NCBI GenBank assembly: GCA_963765575.1
Contig: CAVXWZ010000001.1
Span: 320,001-384,000, forward strand
DNA length: 64,000 nucleotides
Origin: an uncultured cyanobacterium
Lineage (GTDB): Bacteria > Cyanobacteriota > Cyanobacteriia > PCC-6307 > Cyanobiaceae
Direction: 5' to 3'
Under the pieces are notes generated by a model. It was not told where the DNA came from. It was given only the letters and a program-made list of their open reading frames with translations, and searched no databases. Positions 30,259 through 39,298 of the stretch are shown here, piece after piece. Positions within the stretch are counted from its first letter, which is position 1, and each line of letters opens with the position of its first letter. The translations under genes were made by a program, and so were the position numbers.

Positions 30259-31191
30259 TCATGCGGCGCTGCCCTGGGCCGGCAGGGCCAGGGCGGACAG
30301 ATCGGCCAGCAGCTGGCGATGCACGTTCAGGTAGCCGTGGTCGAGGTGCTGCAGATGGGGAGCGATCAGCTGGTGGGCCGCCGGCAGGGCGTGGAAGGGC
30401 AGCGAGGGATAGAGGTGGTGCTCGGCGTGGAAGGGCATGTTCCACATCAGCCAGCGCACCGGCGCGGTGGTGAGGGTGGTGCGGGTGTTGCTGGTGCCAT
30501 CGGCGCTGAAGCTGCAGCCGCTGTGTTCCGCCAGCAACAGAAAGCGCAGGACGGGTTGGCCGATGGCCAGGGGCAGCAGCCAGAACCAGAGCAGGAAGCC
30601 GTTGGCGCCGATCAGCGAGAGCAGCGCCAGCACCCCGACCACCCCGGCCTGGAGCCAGGCCGAGCGGCGCACCTGGGGGATCACCTGGGGGTTGAGGTAG
30701 GGCACGGAGGCGAGATCACCCCAGAGCAGGCGGGCATGGCCGCGCAGCTTGCCGGTCCACCAGTTGCAGCCACTGAGTTCGCGGAGGTAGCCGGCCGCGG
30801 AGGTCGGTGCCGGGTCGTCGAGCTCGGGATCGAGCCCCGGCTGATGGGTGTAGCGGTGGTGCCACTGGTGGTAGCGGCGGTAGGCGGTGGCGTTGTAAAA
30901 GCTCAGCAGCCCCAGAAGCCAGGCCGCGGCGTCGTTCACCCGCCTGTTGCGGAAGGCGGTGCGATGGCTGCATTCATGCAGGCCCGCGAAGCTGGTGGCC
31001 AGCGCCACCCCCAGGGCGACCAGCCCGACGAGACGCAGCCCCAGGGGCAGGGCCGCCGACCCCCACAGCAGGCCGGCCCCAGCGATCAGCCCCAGGTGGC
31101 CCGCCAGCCGCCAGGCCGCCGGGCCGTTGCGCAGTCCGTTGAGTTCCGCCAGGCGGGAACGTGCGATCAGCTCGGGTACGGGCGCGGCCAT
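30259..31191 (-). CDS. Membrane di-iron fatty-acid-desaturase-family protein, MocD-like
   Basis: His boxes HECSH, HQWHH, EH, HAEHH; DPEL; YPSLPFHALP. Confidence 0.8.
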   Translation of the reverse strand: MAAPVPELIARSRLAELNGLRNGPAAWRLAGHLGLIAGAGLLWGSAALPLGLRLVGLVALGVALATSFAGLHECSHRTAFRNRRVNDAAAWLLGLLSFYNATAYRRYHQWHHRYTHQPGLDPELDDPAPTSAAGYLRELSGCNWWTGKLRGHARLLWGDLASVPYLNPQVIPQVRRSAWLQAGVVGVLALLSLIGANGFLLWFWLLPLAIGQPVLRFLLLAEHSGCSFSADGTSNTRTTLTTAPVRWLMWNMPFHAEHHLYPSLPFHALPAAHQLIAPHLQHLDHGYLNVHRQLLADLSALALPAQGSAA

Positions 31192-31231
31192 GGGGGGGAG
31201 CTGGGGGGAACGCAGTGCGGCGCGAGTTGTC

Positions 31232-31274
31232 ATCACAGCAGCGCCGCGGGCAGCGCTGCGGTAGGCGTTGCCAC
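31232..31274 (-). promoter_or_regulatory. Candidate NtcA-activated promoter of the desaturase-hydrolase-glnT operon
   Basis: GTG-N8-TAC (31274-31261, minus strand), then 23 nt, then TGTGAT (31237-31232) preceded by TGn. Confidence 0.45.
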
Positions 31275-31391
31275 GGAGGTGGAATCCGGCCTTTCAGGTG
31301 GGCCCCGGCCACTGGGGAGGAACCTAGTGTTGAGAAACCAATGCTGCCCCCACCGGCGCCCTGCGCTGTCCGGCCGTTTCTTGCCCTGTCC

Positions 31392-31592
31392 ATGGCGACC
31401 TCTCTGTTCATCAGCCCCTCCGAGGCCCTGCCCGGGGACAGCGCCGACCCCAGGCGGCCGGCGCTGATTGCCTCCCTGCGCAGCCGTTACGCCGCCGCGG
31501 AGCTCCGCCAGGATGCCGCCGCCAAGCAGGAGCTGTTCCGCGAGGCGGTGTATCTCGGCATCCGGCCCGAGGATTTCACCCCCCCGGGCTGA
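31392..31592 (+). CDS. Small hypothetical protein (66 aa)
   Basis: MATSLFISPSEALPG...KQELFREAVYLGIRPEDF; GC3-rich codons; divergent from the desaturase. Confidence 0.55.
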   Translation: MATSLFISPSEALPGDSADPRRPALIASLRSRYAAAELRQDAAAKQELFREAVYLGIRPEDFTPPG

Positions 31593-32352
31593 GCAGCGGG
31601 TCCAGGCCCCGCAGGCAGCTGGCCAGTTCCTCGCGCAGGTCGAGGAATTTCCGTGAAACCCGCAGGTGGCGCAGGTCGGAGCGGTCCAGCTCCACCGCCA
31701 CCGAGCGCACGATGCGGCCGGGGTTGGGCGCCAGGATGTGCACCTCGCCGGCCAGCAGCAGGGCCTCCTCCAGGTCGTGGGTGATCAGCAGGGCGGACAG
31801 GCCCGTGCGCTGCCAGAGGTTGTGCATGAACTCCTGCATCGATTCGCGGATCTGCAGATCCAGGGCACCGAAGGGCTCATCGAGCAGCAGCACCCGGGGT
31901 TGGGCGGCCAGGGCGCGGGCGATGGCCACCCGCTGCTGCATGCCGCCGGAGAGCTCCCGCGGCAGCCGCCGGGCCGCGTCGGCCAGCCCCACCACCTCCA
32001 GGAAATAGCTGGTGCGCTCGCGGATCTCGCGCCGGTCGAGACCCTGCAGCTCCATGCCGAAGGCCACGTTCTGGGCAGCCGTGAGCCAGGGGTAGAGGCT
32101 GTACTTCTGGAACACCATGCCCCGGTCCGAGCCCGGGCCGCGCACGGGGGCACCGTCGAGGGTGATCACGCCGGCACTGGGCTGATCCAGCCCGGCCACC
32201 AGCCGCATCATCGTGGACTTGCCGGAGCCGGAGCTGCCCACCAGGGCCACGAACTCGCCGGTGTTGACGCTGAAGTTGATGGTCTCGAGCACGAGCTTGC
32301 GGCGGCGGCCGGTGCCGAAGCTCTTGCTCACCTGATCAACGCAAAGCTGCAT
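31576..32352 (-). CDS. ABC transporter ATP-binding protein (TauB/NitT type), guanidine operon
   Basis: GSSGSGKS, LSGGMQQR, LLLDEPF, ITHD. Confidence 0.92.
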   Translation of the reverse strand: MQLCVDQVSKSFGTGRRRKLVLETINFSVNTGEFVALVGSSGSGKSTMMRLVAGLDQPSAGVITLDGAPVRGPGSDRGMVFQKYSLYPWLTAAQNVAFGMELQGLDRREIRERTSYFLEVVGLADAARRLPRELSGGMQQRVAIARALAAQPRVLLLDEPFGALDLQIRESMQEFMHNLWQRTGLSALLITHDLEEALLLAGEVHILAPNPGRIVRSVAVELDRSDLRHLRVSRKFLDLREELASCLRGLDPLLSPGG

Positions 32353-32380
32353 GAGGGGATCGACGGCGTTGGCGGCGGAC

Positions 32381-33148
32381 TCAGTTGGCCCAGGCACAGG
32401 CCCGGCGCATCACCAGCCGGAAGCCCAGATCGATCACCAGCCCGATCAGGCCGATCACGATCAGTCCCAGAAAGATCTCATCGGTGCGTAGAAAGCGCTG
32501 GGCCAGGCTGATGCGCTTGCCCAGCCCCTCGTTGGCCGCCACCAGTTCGGCGACGATCACCAGATTCCAGGCGGCGGCCATGTTGATCCGGTAGGCGTCG
32601 ATCACCTGGGGGGCGATGCAGGGGGTGATCACCCGCAACAGCACCTGGGAGCTGCGGCCGCCGAGGGTGAGGGCGGTCTCCACCAGTTCGCGGGGCACGA
32701 ACTTCACCGCATCCATGATCATCAGCGTGTTGAAGAACAGGGTGCCGATGAAGATCAGCAGGATCTTCGGCAACTCGCCCAGGCCGAAATAGATGATCAG
32801 CAGGGGAATGAACGCCGGTGCCGGCATGTAGCGGATCAGCCCCACCAGCGGCTCCAGCAGCCGGTTGATCACGGTGCTGGTGCCCATGGCGATGCCGAGG
32901 GGCAGGGCCACGATGGCCGAGAGGCCGAAGCCGCCCAGCACCCGCCCCACACTTGCCACCAGGTCGGCCCAGAGCAGCCCCTCGCTGGCCTGCTCCTGGC
33001 CGGCCGCCCACACCGCCGCCGGACTGGGCAGAAACAGGGGATCCACCAGCTGGAGGCCGGTGACCAGGGTCCAGATCAGCAGCACCACCAGCACCCCGGT
33101 GAGGCCGAGGATCCAGGGGTGCCGGACCAGCTCCTGCAGTCGCGCCAT
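32381..33148 (-). CDS. ABC transporter permease, guanidine operon
   Basis: FLPSP, ELVETALTLG (EAA loop), LVIVAELVAANEGLG. Confidence 0.92.
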   Translation of the reverse strand: MARLQELVRHPWILGLTGVLVVLLIWTLVTGLQLVDPLFLPSPAAVWAAGQEQASEGLLWADLVASVGRVLGGFGLSAIVALPLGIAMGTSTVINRLLEPLVGLIRYMPAPAFIPLLIIYFGLGELPKILLIFIGTLFFNTLMIMDAVKFVPRELVETALTLGGRSSQVLLRVITPCIAPQVIDAYRINMAAAWNLVIVAELVAANEGLGKRISLAQRFLRTDEIFLGLIVIGLIGLVIDLGFRLVMRRACAWAN

Positions 33149-33169
33149 GGCCGCCAGCGCCTCCCCGCC

Positions 33170-34207
33170 TCAGTTGGCCTGGGCCGCTTTGACGAAGCGG
33201 CCCTCGAACAGGCCGTCGAGCGGCGGCGGGCTGTCCGCCAGCCCCACCTGCTGCAGGAAGGTGCTGATCTGCTCGGCGGCGAAGGGCAGCGAGGCCATGG
33301 TGGTGCCGGGCTCGAGGGCCTGCAGGTTGTCGTCGAGGCTGAACAGGGTGGTGCCGGCCTCGTACTCCCGGTACTCGTCTTCGCTCACACCGCCGCGGGC
33401 ACTGAGGATGGTCAGTGAGCCCTCGGGATCAGCCTCCATCGCCGCCAGGGTGGCGAACCAGGCATTCACCACCGCCTGCACCTTCTCCGGGTTGTTGGCC
33501 ACGAACTCCGAGCGGCACACCAGGTGGTCGCTGATGGCGCCGGGGAAGTCGGCCGAGGAGAACAGGGTGGTGCTGCCGTCACGCCTGAGGGCCTGGGTGG
33601 TGAAGGGAGCGAACACGCCCACCGCATCCACCTGGCCGGCCACAAAGGCGGCGGCGGCGGCGCCTGTCTCCAGGGGCACGAAGGTGATGTCGTCGGCGGA
33701 GAGGCCCGCCTCCTCAAGGCCGAGCAACAGCAGATAGTGGTCCACGGTGCCTTCTTCGGCGGCCACCGACTTGCCCTGGAGATCGGCGATGGTGTTGATG
33801 CCCTCGGCCACGATGATCTGGTCGTTGCCGGTGGAGTTGTCGTTGGTGAGCACCACCTGCAGGTCGGCGCCGCCGGCGACCGAAGAGATCGTGTCGTTCA
33901 GGGTCTGGCTGTTGCAGTCGAGCTGGCCGGCGTTGAGGGCGTTGATCGAATCGAGGTAGCCGTCAAACCACTGCAGGGTCACCGGCACGCCGAACAGGCC
34001 CTTCTCCTCGGTGACCTGCCAGGGGATCCAGCCGGGCCAGGCGCTGAAACCGATCCGCACCGGCGTGTCGGAGCTGCCGCCGCCCTGGTCGCCGCCCCGG
34101 CCGCCACAGGCGGTGAGGGCGCCGGCGCCGAGGCCGAGCAACAGCAGGGTGGCCAGCAGGCGGGTGCGCGTGCGGCGCCGGGGACGGGGAGTGGTCATGG
34201 GGATCAA
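33170..34207 (-). CDS. ABC substrate-binding lipoprotein, probably guanidine-binding
   Basis: Lipobox LTAC; FSAWPGW, DNSTGND, EEGTVDH; operon context. Confidence 0.88.
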   Translation of the reverse strand: MIPMTTPRPRRRTRTRLLATLLLLGLGAGALTACGGRGGDQGGGSSDTPVRIGFSAWPGWIPWQVTEEKGLFGVPVTLQWFDGYLDSINALNAGQLDCNSQTLNDTISSVAGGADLQVVLTNDNSTGNDQIIVAEGINTIADLQGKSVAAEEGTVDHYLLLLGLEEAGLSADDITFVPLETGAAAAAFVAGQVDAVGVFAPFTTQALRRDGSTTLFSSADFPGAISDHLVCRSEFVANNPEKVQAVVNAWFATLAAMEADPEGSLTILSARGGVSEDEYREYEAGTTLFSLDDNLQALEPGTTMASLPFAAEQISTFLQQVGLADSPPPLDGLFEGRFVKAAQAN

Positions 34208-34263
34208 GGCGGAGTTGGGGTTGGAGCTGGAATCGATGGAGTCGGATCAGGAAGCGGCAGGCG

Positions 34264-34989
34264 TCATGGGCTCACCAGCTCCGGAATCGGCGCCTCGGAT
34301 GCGCCGCGCGCGGCCTGCAGCAGCGCCCGCTGCTGCTCCAGCCAGGCGTGCCAGGCCGCCAGGCCCTCGCCGTTGGTGGCCGACACGCGGATCACGGCGC
34401 AGCGCGGATTCACCTGGCGGATGTGGGCTTCGATCCGCTCCACGTCCACCGGCAGGTAGGGCAGCAGGTCGGTCTTGGTGATCAGCACGCAGTCGGCCTC
34501 GCGGAACATCACCGGGTACTTGAGGGGCTTGTCTTCCCCTTCGGTGACGCTGAGCAGGGCCACCTTGCGGTGCTCGCCGATGGCGAATTCGGCGGGGCAC
34601 ACCAGGTTGCCCACGTTCTCCACCCAGAGCAGATCGAGGCCGGCGGGATCGAGGCGCTGGCCCAGCAGCCGGAGGCCGCCACTCACCATCGCCGCATCCA
34701 GATGGCAGGCGCGGCCGGTGGTGATCGGCACCACCGGCACGCCCACGGCCTGCAGCCGCTCGGCGTCGAGCTGGGTGGTCATGTCGCCCTCCAGCACCGC
34801 CATGGCGTAGGTGCCGGCCAGCTGGGCCAGGGAGCGCTCCAGCAGGGAGGTCTTGCCGGCGCCGGGGCTGCTCATCACGTTCAGGCAGAGCAGCTGCCAG
34901 GCGTCGAAGTGCTCGCGGTTGTGCTCCGCCTGGTGCTCATTGGCCGCCAGCAGGTTGAGGCCGAGGGTGTCTTCCAGGGACATGTGCAT
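34264..34989 (-). CDS. hypB: Nickel-insertion GTPase HypB
   Basis: [33 protein letters not shown]. Confidence 0.93.
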   Translation of the reverse strand: MHMSLEDTLGLNLLAANEHQAEHNREHFDAWQLLCLNVMSSPGAGKTSLLERSLAQLAGTYAMAVLEGDMTTQLDAERLQAVGVPVVPITTGRACHLDAAMVSGGLRLLGQRLDPAGLDLLWVENVGNLVCPAEFAIGEHRKVALLSVTEGEDKPLKYPVMFREADCVLITKTDLLPYLPVDVERIEAHIRQVNPRCAVIRVSATNGEGLAAWHAWLEQQRALLQAARGASEAPIPELVSP

Positions 34990-34994
34990 GGCGA

Positions 34995-35405
34995 TCAGGC
35001 GCAGGGGGAGAGTGATGCAGAAGGGTGGCCGGAACAGGCCTCGCTGCGGTGATCGAGGCTGTAATCCACCGAGCGGATCTTCAGCTCGCGGCCGCTCACG
35101 ATCTCCTCCATCGGGTGCTGGCAGCAGGGGGAGCGGTAGCCCGCTTCGGCGCTGGGCTGGTAGGTGCCGTTGCAGAGCACGCAGCGGCCCACCAGGGGCA
35201 CCGATTCGATCGCCAGGCGGGCTCCGGCCAGCCAGCTCGACTGCACGGCCGCCTGCCAGGTGGACACCAGCTGAGCGGGTTCAACGCAGGTGAAGTCCCC
35301 CACCAGCAGGTGCACGGTGGCCACCTTGGGTGTGGCCGGGGCGTGGCCCTGCTTCCACTCGTTCATCGAGAGCAGCAGGCACTTGGTCATGTCGACTTCG
35401 TGCAT
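34995..35405 (-). CDS. hypA: Nickel metallochaperone HypA
   Basis: N-terminal MHE, CVLC and SPCC, SGREL. Confidence 0.9.
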   Translation of the reverse strand: MHEVDMTKCLLLSMNEWKQGHAPATPKVATVHLLVGDFTCVEPAQLVSTWQAAVQSSWLAGARLAIESVPLVGRCVLCNGTYQPSAEAGYRSPCCQHPMEEIVSGRELKIRSVDYSLDHRSEACSGHPSASLSPCA

Positions 35406-35409
35406 GGTC

Positions 35410-36615
35410 CTATCTCCATTTCTGATCGACGGCCATGTTGCAGTGATCGTGCAGCCAGGCCGGTTTCTCTTTCCTGGGCAGCTGGCCGCTCACCACCAGG
35501 TGGGCCATCACATCGCAGATCACGCGGGTGGCCATCAGCGAGGTCATGTCGCTGATGTCGTAAGGGGGCGACACCTCCACCACCTCAAGGCCGCAGACCG
35601 GCACGTTGCGCACGATCAACTCCAGCAACTTCAGTGCTTCGCGGGGCAGCAGGCCGCCGGGTTCGGGCCAGCCGGTGCCGGGCACGAAGCCGGCGTCGAT
35701 GCAGTCGATGTCGAAGGAGATGTAGACGCAGTCGGTGCCATCGGTGGCGCGCTCGATCGCGTACTGGGCGGCCGCCTCCAGGCCCATGTCGCAGATGTCG
35801 GTGACGGTGAGCACGTTGGTGCCCCGCTCGCGGCACACCTTCACCCCTTCGCGCGGCACCTGCCAGCCGCCGATGCCCAGTTGCACCAGGTTTTCGGCCG
35901 GGGCGTTGGCCATGTTCGTGGCGTGGAACCACGGACAGGTGTGCATGCGCTCGTCGAGGTCGATCTCCTGGGTGTCGACATGGCGATCGAAGTGGATGAT
36001 GCCCACCTTCTTGTCGCCCAGGTGGCGGCAGACGCCCCGCACGGTGGGAAAGCCGATCGAGTGATCGCCGCCGAGGATGATCGGGAAGGCGCCACTGGCG
36101 AACACGTGGGCCACGCCCTTGGAGATCTGATCGAAGCTCTTCTCGTTGTTGGCGGGAATCGTGAAGATGTCGCCCACATCGCAGAGCCGGATCGACTCGC
36201 GCAGGTCGACGCCCATCTCGTAGTTGTAGGGCGTGTAGAGGGCCGAGATGCGGCGGATGCCCTGGGGCCCGAAGCGGGTGCCGGGCCGGTAGGTGGTGCC
36301 GGAATCGTGGGGCACCCCCAGGATCGCCACATCGAACTCGCCGACGCGGTTCACGTCTTCGATGTAGGGCGCCTTCATGAAGGTGTTGATGCCCGCGTAG
36401 TGGGGCAGCTCGCCGCGCGAGAAGGTGGAGATGCGCCGATCGACGATGCTCTCGGCCGCCTCCAGGCCATAGCGCAGGCCCTGATCCACCTCCTGCTGCC
36501 AGCCGGTGAGCGGCAGGCGGGCTTCCTTCTCCAGGGCCTCGGCGCCCTGGCGGCCCGTGGCTGGAGCCTGAGTGCGCCGGTCAAAGGCCCCTTCAGGGCC
36601 TGGAGATGCGGTCAT
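35410..36615 (-). CDS. gdmH: Ni-dependent guanidine hydrolase (arginase/agmatinase family)
   Basis: GGDHS, HFDRHVD, SFDIDCID, GTGWPEPGG; followed by hypA-hypB-ABC and preceded by a guanidine-I riboswitch, the same order as Synechocystis sll1077-sll1082. Confidence 0.88.
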   Translation of the reverse strand: MTASPGPEGAFDRRTQAPATGRQGAEALEKEARLPLTGWQQEVDQGLRYGLEAAESIVDRRISTFSRGELPHYAGINTFMKAPYIEDVNRVGEFDVAILGVPHDSGTTYRPGTRFGPQGIRRISALYTPYNYEMGVDLRESIRLCDVGDIFTIPANNEKSFDQISKGVAHVFASGAFPIILGGDHSIGFPTVRGVCRHLGDKKVGIIHFDRHVDTQEIDLDERMHTCPWFHATNMANAPAENLVQLGIGGWQVPREGVKVCRERGTNVLTVTDICDMGLEAAAQYAIERATDGTDCVYISFDIDCIDAGFVPGTGWPEPGGLLPREALKLLELIVRNVPVCGLEVVEVSPPYDISDMTSLMATRVICDVMAHLVVSGQLPRKEKPAWLHDHCNMAVDQKWR

Positions 36616-36643
36616 GGCACGACACGGAGGTGGGGGTGTGCGG

Positions 36644-36765
36644 TCTCCCGGGCTTTTATCCCTCCGTGCAACCGGGTGACCCCGGTGAGCTTCTCTCGGA
36701 CCAGACGTCTCAAGGGCATGGCATGGAGGGCCACACCTGATCGAGACCGGAACCCTAGAAGCTGC
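36644..36765 (-). ncRNA. Guanidine-I (ykkC-yxkD) riboswitch
   Basis: Minus strand reads AGCTTCTAGGGTTCCG...CTGGTCCGAGAGAAGCT...CACGGAGGGATAAAAGCCCGGGAGA, matching the conserved aptamer segments, about 30 nt upstream of gdmH. Confidence 0.92.
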
Positions 36766-36777
36766 TTCCGCCCCGGA

Positions 36778-36819
36778 ACCCTCTCCCAGGAGTTGGCTGA
36801 GCGTTGTGGTGGTTGTTAC
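36778..36819 (-). promoter_or_regulatory. Candidate NtcA-activated promoter of the gdmH operon
   Basis: GTA-N8-CAC (36819-36806), then 22 nt, then GAGGGT -10-like hexamer (36783-36778), placing the start just upstream of the riboswitch. Confidence 0.55.
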
Positions 36820-36921
36820 CGAGCCCCGAAGCTGACCTGCAGGGAGCCGGAAACCCACAACACCAAGCTCCGGCGCTGAGCCCTCAATGGCGAGAATCAA
36901 GGCATTGCCGTTGCGATCACC

Positions 36922-37200
36922 GTGAAGTACTCCACCTATCGCTACGCCAGGATGCTGCCCGTGATTCTGGGAATTCTGGCCTATGCCCTGTGGCGGGTGT
37001 TGAAGGCCTACGACGCGCTCTTTGGCCATCCCCTTGTGCTGATGCTTCTCTTCCTGCCTGCGTTGATCGTGGCTTACTTCACGATTGTCAGAAACGGATA
37101 CTGTCCGGAATGCAAGATGCCCTTTGGCCGGGAAATCAGTCGCACCTGTGTGCGCTGCGGCCATGTGTTCAGCCGCGATGACTCCGTTTCCAGGAGCTGA
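36922..37200 (+). CDS. Small two-TM protein with C-terminal zinc ribbon
   Basis: Two hydrophobic helices followed by CPEC...CVRC; lower GC than the flanks. Confidence 0.55.
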   Translation: MKYSTYRYARMLPVILGILAYALWRVLKAYDALFGHPLVLMLLFLPALIVAYFTIVRNGYCPECKMPFGREISRTCVRCGHVFSRDDSVSRS

Positions 37201-37251
37201 CTGGATCCATCAGCCAACACCAGGCGACGGCGTTGAGCACGGCGCCGCCGT

Positions 37252-38641
37252 TCAGAGCATCCGCTCGGGTTGTACCCAGCGATCGAAGTCGTCCCCGCTC
37301 AGCTCCCCCACCACCAGGGCCGCCTGCTTGAGGCTGAGCCCGTGCTGGTGGGCGTGTTTGGCGATGGCGCAGGCGCGGTCGTAGCCGATGGCGGGGGTGA
37401 GGGCTGTGACCAGCATCAGGCTCTGGTCGAGCAGGGCGGCGATGCGGGCCCGATCGGGCTCCAGGCCCTCGATGCAGTGCTGGCGGAAGGCAGTGCAGCT
37501 GCCCGCCAGCAGCTCGATGCTCTCCAGCACGTTGTGGGCGATCAGGGGCTTGAACACGTTCAGCTCGAAGTTGCCCTGGCTGGCGGCCATCTGCACGGCG
37601 GTGTTGTTGCCCATCACCTGCACCGCCACCATGGTGAGGCTCTCGCACTGGGTGGGATTCACCTTGCCGGGCATGATCGAGCTGCCCGGTTCGTTCTCCG
37701 GCAGCACCAGTTCGCCGAGGCCGCAACGGGGCCCACTGGCCAGCCAGCGGATGTCGTTGGCGATCTTCAGCAGCGATCCGGCCAGCACCGTGAGCGCCCC
37801 GTGCAGGGCAGCCAGGGGCTCATGGCCGGCCAGGGCCTGGAACTTGTTGGGGGCGCTGGTGAACGGCAGCTCGAGCCGGGCCGAGAGCCGGGCGGCCACG
37901 GCTTCCCCAAAGCCCGCCGGAGCGTTCAGACCCGTGCCCACGGCGGTGGCGCCGATCGCCAGTTGCCGCACCTGGGGCAGCACGGCAGCGAGGCCCTCCA
38001 GCCCCAGCTGCAACTGGGCCGCATAGCCGCTGAACTCCTGGCCGAGGCTGAGGGGCACCGCATCCTGCAGGTGGGTGCGGCCGATCTTGACGATGCCGCT
38101 GAAGGCTGCGGCCTTGTCGGCCAGCTGCTGCTGCAGGGCCTCCAGCGCCGGCATCAGCCGCTGCTCGAGCTGCAGCGCCACCGCCACGTGCAGGGCGGTG
38201 GGGAAGGTGTCGTTGCTCGACTGGCTGAGGTTCACGTGGTCGTTGGGGTGCACCGGGGCTCTTGCTGCCCAACACGCCACCGGCGGCCTCGATCGCCCGG
38301 TTGGCGATCACCTCGTTCACGTTCATGTTGGTCTGGGTGCCGGAGCCCGTCTGCCACACCTTGAGGGGAAATTCGGCATCGAGATCGCCGCTGGCCACCT
38401 CCTCGGCCGCCGCCACGATCAGTGCCGCCAACTCCGCGCTGAGCTTGCCTTCGGCGGCATTCACCTCGGCGCAGGCGGCCTTGAGCTGCCCGAAGGCCTG
38501 CACCACCGCCAGGGGCATGGCCTGGCCGAAGGGGAAGAAGTGGATCGAGCGCTGGGTCTGGGCGCCCCAGTAGTGCTCAGCCGGGACGGCGAGGCTGCCG
38601 AGGCTGTCGGTTTCGCGGCGCTGGCTGCCGGGATCGCTCAT
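37252..38641 (-). CDS. fumC: Fumarate hydratase class II (+1 frameshift near 38255-38258)
   Basis: WGAQTQRS and QTGSGT in one frame; HPNDHVN, GRTH and [11 protein letters not shown] in the next. Confidence 0.93.
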
Positions 38642-39282
38642 TGGCGCGGGGTCCCGGAGCCCACCACCTCGGCGTTGAGCTCGTTGATGCTCACGGTGCT
38701 GGTGCCACTGCGGAAGGACTCGGGCAGGGGGATGTCGGTGGCCTCGCTCACCGCCTCGTTGATCGACCCCAGGTTCACCTGGCCCTCGGCATCGAGCAGC
38801 ACGCGGCCGTCTTTGGCGAACACCACCACCTGGGGGGTGAAACCACGCCAGTAATGGGCCGGGTCGTCATTGCCGGTGTCGGCACGGTTCTGCAGCGGGT
38901 CGGTGACCAGGGGAATCAGATCGATGGTGTTGCCCCAGAGGCGCTGCAGCTCCGATACCACCGGCGCGAACTGCTTGCTGGCGGCATCGTCGTCGAGGTA
39001 ATAGACCACCACCGCCGCGCGGCCCTTCGCCAGGGACTGGGCCAGGGTGCCGCGGGGGGGCACCAGGGAGCCGTTGCCGGCGTAGAGGGCGTAGATGTTG
39101 CCGTCGTAGGTGTCGCTGGTGAGGGCGGCGCCGGCGGCGGCGGGAGCCAGCAGCGGCAACAGCAGCAGCAGCGAGAAGGTCAGCGAGAGGGCGAGGCGCA
39201 GCACCGCCGCAGGCCCCCTGGTGTGGCTGGAATGGTCCGCTGCCCCTTGCTGCCCCACGTTGCTCTCCCGGTGTGGCGCCAT
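38638..39282 (-). CDS. Thioredoxin-like thylakoid protein (PSI accumulation factor family)
   Basis: Signal peptide; [20 protein letters not shown]. Adjacent to the ycf55-like gene. Confidence 0.7.
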   Translation of the reverse strand: MAPHRESNVGQQGAADHSSHTRGPAAVLRLALSLTFSLLLLLPLLAPAAAGAALTSDTYDGNIYALYAGNGSLVPPRGTLAQSLAKGRAAVVVYYLDDDAASKQFAPVVSELQRLWGNTIDLIPLVTDPLQNRADTGNDDPAHYWRGFTPQVVVFAKDGRVLLDAEGQVNLGSINEAVSEATDIPLPESFRSGTSTVSINELNAEVVGSGTPRQ

Positions 39283-39298
39283 TGTGGCTGCCAGGGCG

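Noticed and set aside
28483..31467. 994-aa ORF (+) spanning three genes
   Set aside because: It is antisense to glnT, the hydrolase and the desaturase, has no motifs, and is a typical high-GC shadow ORF. The same applies to 9826..12144, 39110..41146, 42130..44325 and 46905..49232.
34264..35405. hypA/hypB as evidence for a hydrogenase
   Set aside because: There are no hox/hup/hypC-F genes in the window; the context indicates nickel delivery to GdmH.
36616..37164. 183-aa N-terminal extension of the guanidine hydrolase in the ORF track
   Set aside because: It runs through the riboswitch, the promoter and an opposite-strand gene; the likely start is ATG 36615.
38255..38258. Programmed frameshift or true pseudogene in fumC
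   Set aside because: There is no slippery heptamer, and it is one of many single-base indels in the window; assembly error is the simpler explanation until reads are checked.
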